Assembly (NCBI RefSeq): GCF_040938485.1
Contig: NW_027271023.1
Coordinates: forward strand, 3,224,001 to 3,288,000
Reading direction: 5' to 3'
Length of the DNA stretch: 64,000 bases
DNA from: Diadema antillarum
Lineage: Eukaryota
The notes under the pieces are model-generated. The model had not been told where the DNA came from. It searched no databases and saw only the letters and a list, made by a program, of their open reading frames with translations. This document shows positions 13,540 to 27,075 of this stretch, one piece after another. Each line of letters starts with the position of its first letter. The stretch's first letter is position 1. The translations under genes were made by a program, and so were the position numbers.

Positions 13540-14410
13540 GCGGATAAAAGTTTACAAAATGGCACACGGATTCCTTGAGGACTATTAAACAATATTAGAA
13601 TAGGAGCCCTCCGGGAATTTTTGAGAAAAGCCACTAAAGACATAAAATTTTGAAATGGGCGACACTTAATTGGCAAACCCCTCACATTTCATGTCATATG
13701 GGTGATAATGATGACAATAATTATGTTACATTTTTTTTTCCATTTTTGGCTTGGATTAGAACCTTCATTTGAACATTACGGTAGGAACATTATTTATATT
13801 CTTGCGTAATGTAAAGTCTCTGAACTGTTGGGGGAGGGGGTAGGACAAAAGTGGCGAAACCTCCCCCCCCCTTAAAATATGCTTGTTCGCTTGTTCTTTT
13901 GCGTGTTTTTTTTCTCATTTTGTCCTATACACGGCGGATAAAAGCATCAAATTTGGCGCACGGATTCCTTGAGGACTAGTTAACAATATTAGAGTAGGAG
14001 CCCACCTGGAATTTTTAAGGAAAACACACACACACACACACACATAAAAAGATCAAATTTCAAAATGGCCGTCGCTTATGACAAACCCCTCACTTTTCAT
14101 GTCATATGGGTGATACAATGACAATATATATCTATTTTTGGTTTGGTTTGGAACCTGAATTTGTACACTACGGCAGGAGCATTGCTTATATTCTTGCGTA
14201 ATGTCTCTGAACTGCGGGGGGGGGGGGGGTAGGGCAAAAGGGGCACGACCCCCCCCCCTTTTAAAATAGATGTTCGCTTGTTCTTTTGTGGGCTTTTCCC
14301 CCCGTTTTGCTCTATACAAGGCGAATAAAAGCATAACATTTGGCGCACAGATTCCTTGAGGACTATTAAACAATATTGCAGTGGGAGCCCTCCTGGAATT
14401 TTTAAGGAAA

Positions 14411-14448
<38 letters not shown>

Positions 14449-14651
14449 AAATTCAATGCCATATGGGTGATTCGATGACAATATTTGTATATTTTTTATT
14501 TTTAGTTCGGCTTAGAACATTTATTTGGACATTGTAGTAGGAGCATTGTTTACATTTTTGCGTAATTTAGGTGTCTGAACTCCCAGGGGAGGGTAGGGCA
14601 AATGGGGCGGGACACCCTTAAAGATGTTGCTTGCTTGTTCTTTTGAGTGTG

Positions 14652-14736
<85 letters not shown>

Positions 14737-14812
14737 GCTCTTACAAAGGTTCAAATTCCGCATACGGATTCCTTGAGGATCAATGAAACAATATGAGAAT
14801 AGGAGCCCTCTC
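13540..14812 (+). repeat. Tandem array of about 3.2 units of ~390-415 bp
   Basis: Marker C(G/A)GATTCCTTGAGGA at 13567, 13961, 14348 and 14765 (periods 394, 387, 417). Confidence 0.9.
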
Positions 14813-14829
14813 ATTCCATCAGTTTTCTG

Positions 14830-15330
14830 GCGTCTAGCCTGCCTTGCAAGTGTGACTGCGATAGCAATTTCTGAGTGTAACGAGACATTTCAATGATTTC
14901 CTGCTTCCATTGCAATGAGATCTCCTCCAACTATTCTGGCCATTATTAAGGTGTCATTGAGCTCTGTGATCATGGCCCGGATATTTTTATCAGCATCGAA
15001 TGTTGACACTTCATGGAGGATACCCTCCACCCTCTGCTCCTCTCTCACAGAAGAAACATTTTTGAAAAATCCAATGCTCTGTGCTTAGTGGGCCTTTTTT
15101 GATCTTCATTTGGGATTGTGAACTCTCTTTTTCTTTGCCTTCTCTTATTTAGAATTGTCAAATTTCATATAGCAAGATTTGTGCCATTGAGCTGAATGTG
15201 TATAGCAAAGCTTTCAACAGTTTCTTCACTCCCAAAACAGAGTTCAACTTGAACAGCATTAATGGCTTGGAACTGTTCGGCATTGGACAGGAATGACTTG
15301 TGTATAGGACTGTGTCTTGTCATAATTGCC
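14830..15330 (-). pseudogene. Decayed N-terminal fragment of a large invertebrate DNA transposase (CMC/EnSpm-Chapaev-like, tentative)
   Basis: Manual translation with stops and frameshifts: AQWHKSCYMKFDNSK*EKAKKKR ... CFFCE ... LHEVSTFDADKNIRAMITELNDTLIMARIVGGDLIAMEA ... LKCLVTLRNCYRSH; matches remembered WHKSC / CFFC / GDLIAxEAKYH motifs. Confidence 0.7.
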
Positions 15331-17710
15331 CTCGAACTCTTCAAGAGACATTTTAAGGTGGCAAATCACACAACGATCCCACTTTAATACCATGATGGAT
15401 CACATTCTGAAGAGCAAAATTATTGGAACTTAATCCAATTATTGTATAAACCTCTGAATTCCATCACATCATTTCACTTCAGGTGGATTGGAGTAATGTT
15501 GTCATGTATTTGGCAGCAAAGACATTTTCCAGACGGTTCCTACTCTAATATCAACGAGTAGGTCCTAGGCGATCGCCTCTCCAAATTTGGTGCTTTTATC
15601 AGCCATGTAACGGTTAGCCCAAATTTTGACATTAAGCGACGTGACTATAACATGTCACAACTAGAGCGCAGACGAACAGATCGCAAACGGGGTGCAGACA
15701 CACGGATAAGACAATTCTGAACATAAGCTTGGAACTGGGCGCTAAGACATCGGGGCAGATATAGCTTTGAGTGTCTGTGGAAATCATTTTGATAGAGGAA
15801 TGTGACTCCTATGAAAAAGTTTTGAAGTAAAACAATGACATAATAGCATAATACTGTAAGGACTTTATTTTCCCAGAAGACTATAAGGGAGAATACCACA
15901 TGAATTACAAATGAAACGAAATAACATTATACTGTTATTACAGTGTTCGGTAAATCGTTCCAGACATAACGATAATATCACGTGGAGACAACCAGCCGAC
16001 TCAGTATAGAAGAAATCACACGAGGGCATGACTGGTCAGAGACAATTACGTCATCCACTTTAACATGTCGTTGTCTGGTACGTGACATTATGTCGATTAA
16101 ATGGATTCCCTTTGGGGTGATGCCTCGGCCTTACTCGTGAGGGCGAATTCGGGATCCTTCCAATACCCGATTATTTCCTTTCAAACAGCATTGCTAACAT
16201 CATGGACTGGAAACCCCTTAAAACAAAATAAAAACAAGACACAATAGATAAAGAGAAACCACCAAGATTTCCAGAGCATATCCGAAAGTGATGGAGGATA
16301 AAGGCATGTTTGGGTTATACTATCCAGTCTCCAGGCCCTCTTGCGCGCTTTTTCACCACGCCGTCGGCAGAGATCAGTTTCAGCGGTGTATCGCCAACAC
16401 AAATTGTTATTTCCGAATGCAATTTTCATTTCATTATATTCCGTTCTTTCCTTCTGTCGTGCCGACGAAGAATGAGAGCTATTTGAATCTGAACATTCTG
16501 AACTTGAATGAGAAAGTACAGCGGCATGCGACATCTGCAGAAGAAGTCATGAATGGATTGTAGGCTACAATGTACAATTTTTTGTGACTTAAATAAATAA
16601 CCAGAGAGTGAACTTTTCGTGAAACGAATTTCATCAATAAGTACATTCCGGTCCATGTCATTATTCTGACACAAAAACAACAAAATGTGCATTCTATTTG
16701 ATTTGTTTTCATGTCCCTTTTTCGTCGTATTCCCAAAATCTCGTGAATTTTCCAAAGAATCGACTGATGGAAGTAGGTTGGGGTCCATGTACGAACATCC
16801 CACTCTGCTTTGCAAATAGTTGAGTTTCGAGTGTGAAAAGTGCAACACATTCACCGAGGACGAATAAGGTGTGAGGTCACACGCTTGAAAGGATAATTAT
16901 CCGCCTCTACTCGCTCCCTGGGGGTCTAGAGTTGTCGCGACAAAGTCATTGGGTTGTCCGTCCGTTTCCAAGAAATACCTGTGAAGCTATCGCGGTGTAT
17001 TGAATAACTGATAGGGTTTCGCTATATTGTGTAAACGTTACATAGTGTCGATTGCATACTATTCCCGATGTACCATGAGCCGAGACAGTATTCTACGTAA
17101 TATTTCTTTCCTCTTTTTTTCTTTTTGGTCATTGTGGTATGACAAATACTCACATTCTGTCCATCCGGACTTCTGTTGAGTTTCATGGATTTGATGAAAT
17201 TAGTGCCGACAAATTTGCGAGCACGGAACGCGTCAGGCAATAACAGAGACTGACCAATAATAGGTGATTTCAACGCATTTTTCGTTCATCAATACGTCGT
17301 CTGATATTTTGGGAGCTGAATACATTTTGGCCGAGCTGTGGTATCGATTACTGCAGGCCTGTATTGGAGTTTAATCTAACCGATGTCCCAGTGAAATGAT
17401 TTTGAACTAAAGTTTCTCTGAAATAATCTTGTGTTGATGCCGCTCCCTCCCCCTCTCTTGCTTCTAAAATTTTGACTTTTTGTACGATCAAATGAATAAT
17501 CGTGAGTTAATACTTCTCCGTTCTCTTATCCCGCTTCTAGATTTTCGACTCTTCGCATAAAGTTCAAATCTGAAGATTCAAATCCTTCAAATTTTCTCTT
17601 TTATATTCGTATTTATTGTTAAAGTGTAGGCCTAAATGATATTTTAGTGATTTCGAAGGACAGACAAGATATAGTAAAGGCGGAGTTGAGTTGCTTTCCT
17701 CGATGACTGA

Positions 17711-18840
17711 AGCTACGGTCACAAAGGTTCGTACGTTCGAACGAACACTTGACGAATGTCACTGTTCGTACGAATTCTGGAGTTCGTAGAGATTCGTATA
17801 GATGGGGCACAGATTCTTCGGCCTTCTTACGAATTTCGTACAAACGCTGTTTAATTCGCAAGAACAGCTTAAGACCTTTTACAGAAACGAAATGATTTTA
17901 GTTATATGGCCCCAGAATTCGTACGTTTTTTTTTTGTAAGAATGCCTTGAGTAATTCTTTCGTCAGACTTACGGCCATCTTACGATTTCTTTTTGTCGTA
18001 AGATGGTATTACGTGCAACTCACGACACTCTCAAGTCCTTTGTAAGAAGATTTTACGATTTTTTATATTTCTATATTTTGTCGGGTTGTTAAAAAGACGC
18101 TGCCGTGTCCTGTCGAAAATTCTGTAACAGATGAAAGTTTTATACTTCAAAATGGCAGTAGTGCCAAGGAGACTATTATGCAACTGCAGCTGCATCTCTG
18201 CAAGTAGCTTTACCCTCTATCATTCCGTCTTCTTCATTTCCCTCCTTTCTTTTCTTCCCCTTCTCCCTCTTCCCTTTGATTGCCTTCCCTTTTAACAGAG
18301 ATGCTTTCTGGTCGAACAGCTAGCTAGAACAGAATGAGGATGTGAACTTCTCGCGTTTGGATTTATACCCCCTAAAACTCGACAGTTGCACAAATTGTGT
18401 ACCTACGCCTTACGAGTTCCTTACGAACGCCTTACAAACTCGAAGAGTTGTTCGTAAGAACGCGATGCGAATCTCCGTTCGTAAGGCATTCTCACGAAAG
18501 ACGTAAGAGCCCTCTACGAACGACTTCAGGCGTTCTTACAATCATCGTAAGAATTTAAGGCTTTTAGCATTGTCTCTGGGGACCCTACAAAATCTTGCGT
18601 AGTTCTTACGATGTTTGTACTACGTTCGTACGGCCACCTTACGAAGAGAGGGTTTGGTACGAAGTTAAAAAAAAAATCTTGGACAAGACCATCGACCAGC
18701 TTTTATACGAACTAACGAACGGTCTACCAACGGTCCACGAACGCTGGTTTCGTACGGTCTTCTTAAGAAGATCGTACGAAATTGTCTAAAAATCATTCGT
18801 ACGGCGTTCGTAGCAGTTCTTGATGGCATTTGTGACATAA
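17711..18840. mobile_element. Harbinger/PIF-like non-autonomous element rich in CGTACG/CTTACG/TTCGT motifs
   Basis: Ends AGCTACGGTCACAAA / TTTGTGACATA (partial TIR); dense CGTA motifs in both arms around an unrelated core at ~18080-18400. Confidence 0.5.
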
Positions 18841-19119
18841 CAAGTCATGTTATGAGTGTATCAAAGAGGTTTCGTGGGAATAAACGCAACAGAAAGATAA
18901 CGGGGGGGGGGGGAAGCAGACGTAACAAATGTAGTAGTATGGACATGGAATAAGAATGATTAGGGGAATGATTAGGGAAATGAGAAGGAAAAGCAAAGAA
19001 AACATGGAGATAACAAGGAAGAAAGAGGAGGGAATGATATTATGGCGAGGAATAACCATAAGGACGTGACAGAGAAGAATAAAAGAAAATGAAATAGAGG
19101 GAAAATAGATAATCACGAG

Positions 19120-19240
19120 TTGATCGATAGATATATAGACAGATAGATAGATAGATATAAATAGGTAGATGCTAATAGATAGATGGATAGATAAATATAA
19201 TTATATATATATATATAGATATAGATAGATAGATAGACTA
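19120..19240. repeat. (GATA)n/(TA)n compound microsatellite
   Basis: Direct reading. Confidence 0.9.
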
Positions 19241-20992
19241 ATAAAACCAATAAGAAAGAAAGAAAGGAAGAAAAAGGGAAAAGCTGTACAGGTATGGTTT
19301 GATACTGAAGAAGAATGTGCATTCATTTCCGCGAGGTGTTTCACTTTGGATTTGTGTTTGTGTGGTTATGTGTGTTTACATATTTGTTTCTTTGTCGTTC
19401 GCTACCTTTTAATGTATCACCTTCCCCGGAGATAGGAAGGAAGTGGTTTCGTCTTCAGTGAATAGTTTGCTCTCCAAGGAAAGCACGGGACTGACGTTAT
19501 CTAACAGAGCTGCAGTTTGGCTTCCCTATTTTCGTATATTAGAATAAGATACTTCATGGAACTTCGCCGTTTGTGATTCGTACAACTGTGATTTATTTCA
19601 GGTCGTTCATTCGCTTATATGAACCAGTCATGTCTAATAGAATTCATATCTATTCCGAAAAAAGGGGCAAAAAACATAAACAAAATAGAAATATGATCCC
19701 ACAGCAAGCTTTTTGCTACCGACAATATGCATTTAATCACATCAAGTGCTCATTTCGCTCCAGTATAGTGTTGGAACGAGGAAGCGTACACGTAACGTTA
19801 CGCAAGGGAACTAGAAGTAACCCTCATCCCATCCCCCTCCCTTTGAATCATAAAGAGGGGACTCCGCATTCCATAATCCGCGAGACATTGGCGAGGTTTT
19901 TGACATCATACCTGTCAAGTTTAGAACCAAATGAAATAAACCTGTTACTTTTGAAATGGGCGTGGAGTTCGATGGATATAAATCAAAACATCTCTCTTTC
20001 CATAATGCTTGCTGTTTGGCGACAGGTATACATCCCCGATTTTTGAGTCCCTTAAACGAAAACGACTTGCTTGATCTTACCAACCGAGAAGATTTCCCCC
20101 ATCCTGGTAACCTGTAGCTGTGCATCACAACATTCCCAAATCTGCCCTTCGTCTGTGAGACGATATATACATTAAAAAAAGAAAATAAAAGACCTAAAAA
20201 AGGAGGGAAAAGCTAGATGCATAAAAAAAATCGAGACATCTATTTATCATTTCCTTTAGTGTATGCGAAACGGAAATCACGTTGTTTTGGGCATTTTGTG
20301 ACGAACAAATCCATCCGGAAAGTAAAAGAAATAAACATAGTATGAAGTAGACAAACAACAAACAAAATAATAACAAAACGATGTACGAAAAACAATATTT
20401 GTGAAGTGGGCACCAGATTACGGTGGATTACGACTAATTGCTGTGAAATCAGCCTGACCGAATTTGAAAGAAATGCCTTTTCCACTTCAAAGACGTTGTT
20501 TTAATGGTTTAATGAGGGAAGAGAATAAAGGCCGCAACACACGTAATTAGTCTGAGGGAAAAACAAAATTCACTGTAGCCGGCGGCATTGATACAGGACT
20601 GTGGTGATTAACAAATCTGACCTTTAAAAGGGTTTGGCAATCAAAGGCCAAAGCAGATCAAAATGGTAAATGGCCCCCGAAAATGAATATTTGTTCGGGA
20701 AAAGATACTTATCATCTCTAGGAATTTTCTAAACAAGCGAAATGGTCTAAAGGTCTTCATTACCAACGACAAAGGCTATCAATACGCAGTTATTGGTATT
20801 GAGAAATTGATTTCAGGCGAAAATGGACGGAAAGAAATAGACAGGATAATTAGATAATTTAGTAATTCAAAATATTCAATAGTCTCTTCAATATCACCAG
20901 CTTTCCTCAAGAGAAACAAAACACAAGATAGTCGATGTAAATCTTATACCAGCATTCTGTCATATTGTCATCTGAATCACCATCCCCGTCAC

Positions 20993-21852
20993 TGGGCCGG
21001 ATGCATAAAAGCTAGCAATTGCCTGTGCTAGCCTTTTACTTGAATCCGTATGCATAAAAACAAGCAATTGCTTGCGAGCAAAAGCTTTTGTTAGCAAGCA
21101 CAAGCAATTGCTTGCTGCCCGCAAGTAATTGCTTAGAGACCAAGCATTTGCTTAAAAACGTATGCATAAAACATATCTTTTGCTTGTTTCTTGCTAGCAA
21201 TTGCTTACGATTTTCCAAGCTCTGTAAAATGTGCTTGAGCTATTGCTTAACTGGGATATTCCCTTTTAAGTATCATTTTCATATTCCTAAAAGAGAGATC
21301 AAACTTGTGCAGGAGTGGTATAAATCTACAAGAAATTGCCAATAAGTAGTGTGAGAAACTTATTCGCTTCAACAACGGGAATGTCCAGTGGTTAGCACGC
21401 AAAATGTGATGAAAAACAGGTAAGATGTCTGACTTCAGTGGAGAGGAAGGAGACCTCTCTCCACGTGCGACCTGGCAGATGCGGGCTACTTTGGGATAAG
21501 CAGTGATGGGAATCAGACAGTACGGGTGTGTGTATAGATATGTGTGTGTGCGTCAGTGTGTGCATTTTATGGGTGTCATTTCATAGCTCCTTTGCTATGT
21601 CAGGAAATTTTTCCGCACACTCATGCCCTTTCAAATACATGCTGTCACACCCGCCTTTGTTTTTGTGTTCGCACAGGCGTGACGTCCCTTTTGTTGAAAA
21701 CGCAATCAATTGCTTGTGCGTGACAAGCATAAGGTATACACACAAGCAAAAGGTTATGCATATGGATTTAAGCAATTGCTTGAGCTAGACCTTTTGCTAG
21801 ATGAGCTTGTGCTTTTGCTTGAAGTAATTGCTTGTTATATGCATTCGGCCCA
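20993..21852. mobile_element. Tourist/Harbinger-like MITE with AAGCAATTGCTT palindromic subrepeats
   Basis: TIRs TGGGCCGGATGCATA / TATGCATTCGGCCCA; repeated (A)GCAATTGC(T) palindromes in both arms; TSD not evident. Confidence 0.7.
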
Positions 21853-24800
21853 AAGTCAACGCAATATGGGGATGTATCTGCAGTAGATTAGCCAGGTCAA
21901 CAGTTATCTCCCCCAGATATGAACGTCGTCAACTGCACCCTATAAAAAGGAACATCATCCATTATGTTCGGTACTTCAAAATCCGTCGAGCAAACAGTGA
22001 GTATCAAATGAATAGTTACTTCAAATATATTTACTTTCCTGATCGGGGAGAAAAAGGGGTGTATCGAAATATGAAATTACAATATTTTACGTTTTACGTG
22101 AAAGCTAAAGTATATTTTTTTGAATTTGTTAAACTCCCCCATTCTACTCTAGGCCTATATCAAATCTGAAAGTAAAGGGTTATATCAAATCTCAAAAGAA
22201 AAAAAAAATCCCAACTGTTAGTTAAAATGTCTAAAAGTCCGTATTTTTTTGTTTACAACTTTCATTGTAATCAGTTTTTAGAATGATAATACCGCTACGG
22301 TTAATTAGTTAATGTCAATATTTATATATATAAAGATACTGCTTGATATGATTTCAAACTTCTCATCTACAAAGGAGAAAACGTTCTTGCAATTCATCAA
22401 TTAGAATGATGTCGTGTCATTGATTCCTTTCCTAAATAAAGTTTTCCAGGGTTTTCCTTTGTTTTATAAACTGTAAGTACAGAAAGTAAAGAGAGGCCAA
22501 TGGTTACATAGATTGCTCTGGAAACCCTTTCTGGTCTCCGAGGTGCAGGAGTATATGCGAATCGAATTACATAAGTAGTATTCAAAAATTATGTCATCAT
22601 AGTGGGGCAGATGATAATCACAAAGAAACAAAATGAACATAAAAAACAACAAATAGATTGATAAACGAAACATCAGAGTAGTATGGACTGATGATTATAG
22701 TTATTGACGATGCTTGGGCCTTTGCATGACAGTTGGATTTAAGAAAATCTATGGCGCGCTTGAACGTCCTGTATGGCGATGTGCGATGCCTACAGCAGAT
22801 TGAAAAGAACGAGTTCCCCTAACTGCCATCGTCACAGTTCGCCACCTGCGGAATTACACTGCTCGTACTTTGCTTGCTAATACTGTACATCGTCAACGCT
22901 CCGTATATGCTTAAATCAAACCAAAAATATTTTCGTATTCTACCCCCCCCCCCCCGATTCAATAGCCTCTTTTCAACAATCCGGACAGGTGTTGCAAGTC
23001 ATTTTGTCGAATTCAAAGATGTTACCATGGGGCTTTAAATATCATCATAACCAAAACCGCTCTCGCAGCTGAAGACTACGGTATACGTGCGAGGGCTAGT
23101 ATACGTGAATATAGTAATGGTAAAAGTATCATCTATACTTCATTATGTTGGAAAGGACACCTTTATACTTTTCGTGCCAACCTAATCCTTGCGATTGTTT
23201 TTTGTGGATGGAGTGGGGGGGGGGGGATTCCCTTCATCACGTCAACAACTTCAACGAACAGACTACTGGTGAGATGAAAGCGGGTCACAAACACTATTAA
23301 TGGCTGGGATAACAGCGACAAACAAGTGGATTAGTATTTCCCATTTTTCAATGTGATTGAGATGAATCATCGCACTTTAAAAGCAGACTTCTCTGCCAAT
23401 TATCGCTATCAAATTTTGAGCTGAATCCAAGCCTTTGAGCTGAAGATGAATAACCCGATGTAAGAATGATCACATAATGTTTTATATGCAGCATTACAAC
23501 TAGTATACTTTATCATCAGGTTGCATACTTTGCAGTTTATGAACCAAGATTACTGTGACTAACTCTGACCGAGGGTATTTACGAGTCTAGGATCAAAGAC
23601 TTTGAGATGATGAATGCGACTGATTGAGGAATTGTATTTCCCATCTAAGATTGTTAGTGTTCTTTGCTTCACTAAATAAGCCATTCGGATTGGTTGAAAA
23701 ATTCCAACCGGATTTATAGTAGCTAGATTATTACTTGCTCTTCTTGGTCACGACAAGAAAGATTTAAGATTTACCGGGAAAAAAAATATGTCACGTAACA
23801 AATGTCCTCAGTTAAACGTGTTAATGCAAATGCTTTCACCTGGCTAAAGACATCTCACACCTGGAGCCTTTGAAGACAAGATTCATCTTAACTCCACGAT
23901 TTTTGCACAGAGGGAGATTAATCAGTTATGTGCTCTTGGCTACTATCATCGACTCTTTGATGAATCATTCTTTTATGACAGATTCAGATCATGCACTGCA
24001 AATTGGCAACACAATAAGATCGTCTCACGTCTTTGAATCAGCGTGTTGATATTGGGTCAATCTAAAAATGGTTACCAGTGGTTGGGGGCTGACGATACTA
24101 TTGTGGATTTTGTCTGGCTATTAAAGTCAAAATCATTCTGATGTGTCTGGGAAAATTGGCATCAAGCTTTATGGAACCATCAGCTGACCATCCTAACTGA
24201 AAAGTGATTCAGGCTCGGTATGACAAAAATGGCAAACAAATATGAAACATAATCATATTTAACACGATTGCTCATGTCAGTCTTAAACACAACATTCTTG
24301 TATAAAATCCTAATAACTGTGTGTGTGTTTGTGTGTGTGTGTGTGTCTCTCTCTCTCTCTCTCCTGTGTAGACATATGTGGTTTTATATTTAGGTATGCG
24401 TGTGCATGTTTGATGGTTTCTTTTTTGTTTCACAACCAGAGACATTTCCCCCATTTAGTTTGAAAGTCGTATGGATGATAATATCAAGTTAAAGCTCACT
24501 GCTGGGACAAAAACAGCAACAACAAACAAACAAAAAAACTATTTCTACCATCTATAACCTAATTACTATACTATGTTTCCTTCGAGGAGTGTAATGGGCA
24601 AACCACAGCCATCATTTTTCCTTCATACTTTTCTCACATGTGCATATTTTCTGTACCGACAATCTACATGTACTATAAAAACAGAAAAACATTTTCCTCA
24701 TCTGCTTCTTCTCTCTATTTTAGTCTATATTCTTCGTGTGTGTGTGTGTGTGTTCAATCAGTGTTTCGCCATGACTTGTGTTTCGCCATCACATGCATGA

Positions 24801-27017
24801 CTTCGATTTCGGTTGATTGCGAAACGTATCCCGAGCGTTTGATTTCCCATCGGGAGGATCTGAACATGTGACACGGGATTTCCGAGCAAGCCCTCCTGTT
24901 TCGAATAAAGCAACCTGCACCCTTCCTGTCCGTAGCTGTTGCCTTGATTAATATCTGCTTCACCTTGCTGTCTCCCATAATTCATCTTCCTCGATCACGG
25001 TGAAGGCGAAATGATCTTCTGCAAGTTTTAAATGTATGCTCCATGCCAGAACTATGAATGTTGGGAAAACATTATTCCTCCCGCGAAGCAACTCCCAAAC
25101 CCTCTTAACTCACACCAATATGCGACCTGTATCAAGGGCTGTGTATCTGCCTGATGTGCTGCCCCACCACCCTGGGTCCCCATGAGGAGATTCCCACAGA
25201 GGACTGGGATGTAATCATCGAATCATAAGTCACGTGGACAGGGAAATACAAAAGACATCATAAAAAAACCCAACTCTGTCGGAAATACATAGATTATGCA
25301 GCGTGACTAACTGCGAACAACACTTTTCCTAAGACATGATATATTTCTCGTGTCTGCCTACATATTCATGTTTCGAGAACGAGATGTGTTCTCTTGAAGG
25401 TTGATTCTTTCACTCCCATTACCTCCCCAGACTTTCCTTATTTCAGCAAAGTTTCGTACGTTTTATCTTCACAGTCCCTTTTCTTTTGATGGATAATTAT
25501 CCTTTCTCTCTTTGTCTACATCTCTGCATGCTTTTCGTTCTTACTAGAAGAAAAGCAAGCAACCCCCCCCCCCCAATAAATTAAACACGTGTCCTGGAAA
25601 AGCAACGGATTTTACACTTGGATACGTATTTGTCCCCCTGTCGAAGCCTAATCTCAACTACCAACACCTCCATTCCACTATAGTTGCTTTAATAATTGCT
25701 AGCATTATTATGAGAAGCAGATTGATTCGGAGCGCGTGTAAAATCCGTTGTCCCCCGGGATGTGACGAATTTCAGGACTTAAAAGCAATTTAAAAGGGAT
25801 TTCTTTAAAATGGCGGTTTGATTTATATTTCAGTGTAATCAATTTTGTCTGTTTTACTGTTGTCTTTGTGTGCGACGGATGTATACGTGTGTTGGTCTTT
25901 CTAGAAAAAAAAAATCATATTTATTGATTGCTCGAGGATAATGCACTGCAGCGCTTTCCGAAAGTCAGTCTATGTTTGGCGGCTCTGCGTTACTCAATTA
26001 CTCGCTAATGCAATTAGTGTTGCGGAGGAGTGGGTTTCAAATCACATAGGTGGCTGAGAGGACAGTAAAAGAGTGAAAGAGTGAGGATAATGTTACGTCG
26101 CCTTCTTAATGCTCTAAATCAATGACCCCCGCTTTCTTCAACTTACATCGCACTGCAATGAATTACTCATTGGGCGTAAATGGTAAATGGGTGGCACGCA
26201 GCTTTGATTGAAAGCAATGTTGCATTTTCATAGCACCTCGTCGAATATCGCCAGCAGCGTTCGTAAACAGTCTTTAGGGAATCTCTTGCAAGTGGCTCAG
26301 CTATGAGGGGGCATATTTGCTCATTAACATGCTGCACACACTGTACGTCATTGCACATTATACAAGGGCTTACAATACAAACCACGTTCAAACTAATACA
26401 GTCAAATCTCATTAATTTTCGTCTGGCGTCGCCAATGGCAATTGTTCGTATTCAGCAGGTGCTGTAAAGATACGGTGATACAACGACATGTCCGTGCAAA
26501 TGGTAATCGTTTTCTAGCACCAGACTTCAGACAGACATTAGCAAATTAAGGCCTAACATGATTCTGAGCTTTTTGATAGGACTGGTATATATTCGACTTG
26601 AACCTTACGAACATGTATCAGTGGTGGCAAGTGTAGTCCAACCAGATGGAAAAAAATAGATGGAAATGTTCCGACGCTTTCAAAAAACATCAAATGCTAG
26701 TCTGATCTATTCCAAACATCATCGCAGGATGTTGAGCATCCGGGGGTGAGGTTGGAATACAACTTTAACATTCATAGCACCATATTAACGCTCATCAAAA
26801 CGAACACTTGGATAAAACCAAATTCGTTTGATGTTCACTGCACCAGTGTTAGCGTAATGCTGCCCAGTCTCTCGTTGTGATGATTGACATCTTCTCACAT
26901 GAAAACGACTTGTTCGAAGACAAGACTCTGCAGATGACCCCAGACAGTCACAAATAATTCATGGGATGGGATGACATATGACATATTTTGTTTTTTCCGT
27001 TCCGCGTCTCCCCTTAG

Positions 27018-27075
27018 CAATTGGAATTACTGTTTTGACCTCACCACGACGACCACACTCGGTGTGCACTGATCA
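27018..27075 (+). CDS. Putative 58-nt internal exon ((A)IGITVLTSPRRPHSVCTD, phase 1 to phase 2)
   Basis: Strong pyrimidine tract TTTTGTTTTTTCCGTTCCGCGTCTCCCCTTAG acceptor and GTAAGT donor; the only open frame is phase-compatible with 2410-2539 and completes a hydrophobic segment. Confidence 0.5.

Larger units (their letters stand above)
13497..15660 (-). mobile_element. Internally deleted DNA transposon with long imperfect TIRs, tandem ~400-bp terminal units and a transposase remnant
   Basis: ACCGTTACATGGC..GATAAAAG near 13530 (+) is mirrored near 15590-15615 (-), with further similarity outward (TGACA..AGTCA.GTCGCTTA) and inward; exact ends uncertain. Confidence 0.7.

Noticed and set aside
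24960-25220. Minus-strand peptides EDHFAFTVIEEDELWETAR and PLWESPHGDPGWWGS
   Set aside because: They join only through a weak donor, no family was recognised, and the plus strand gives equally plausible short frames
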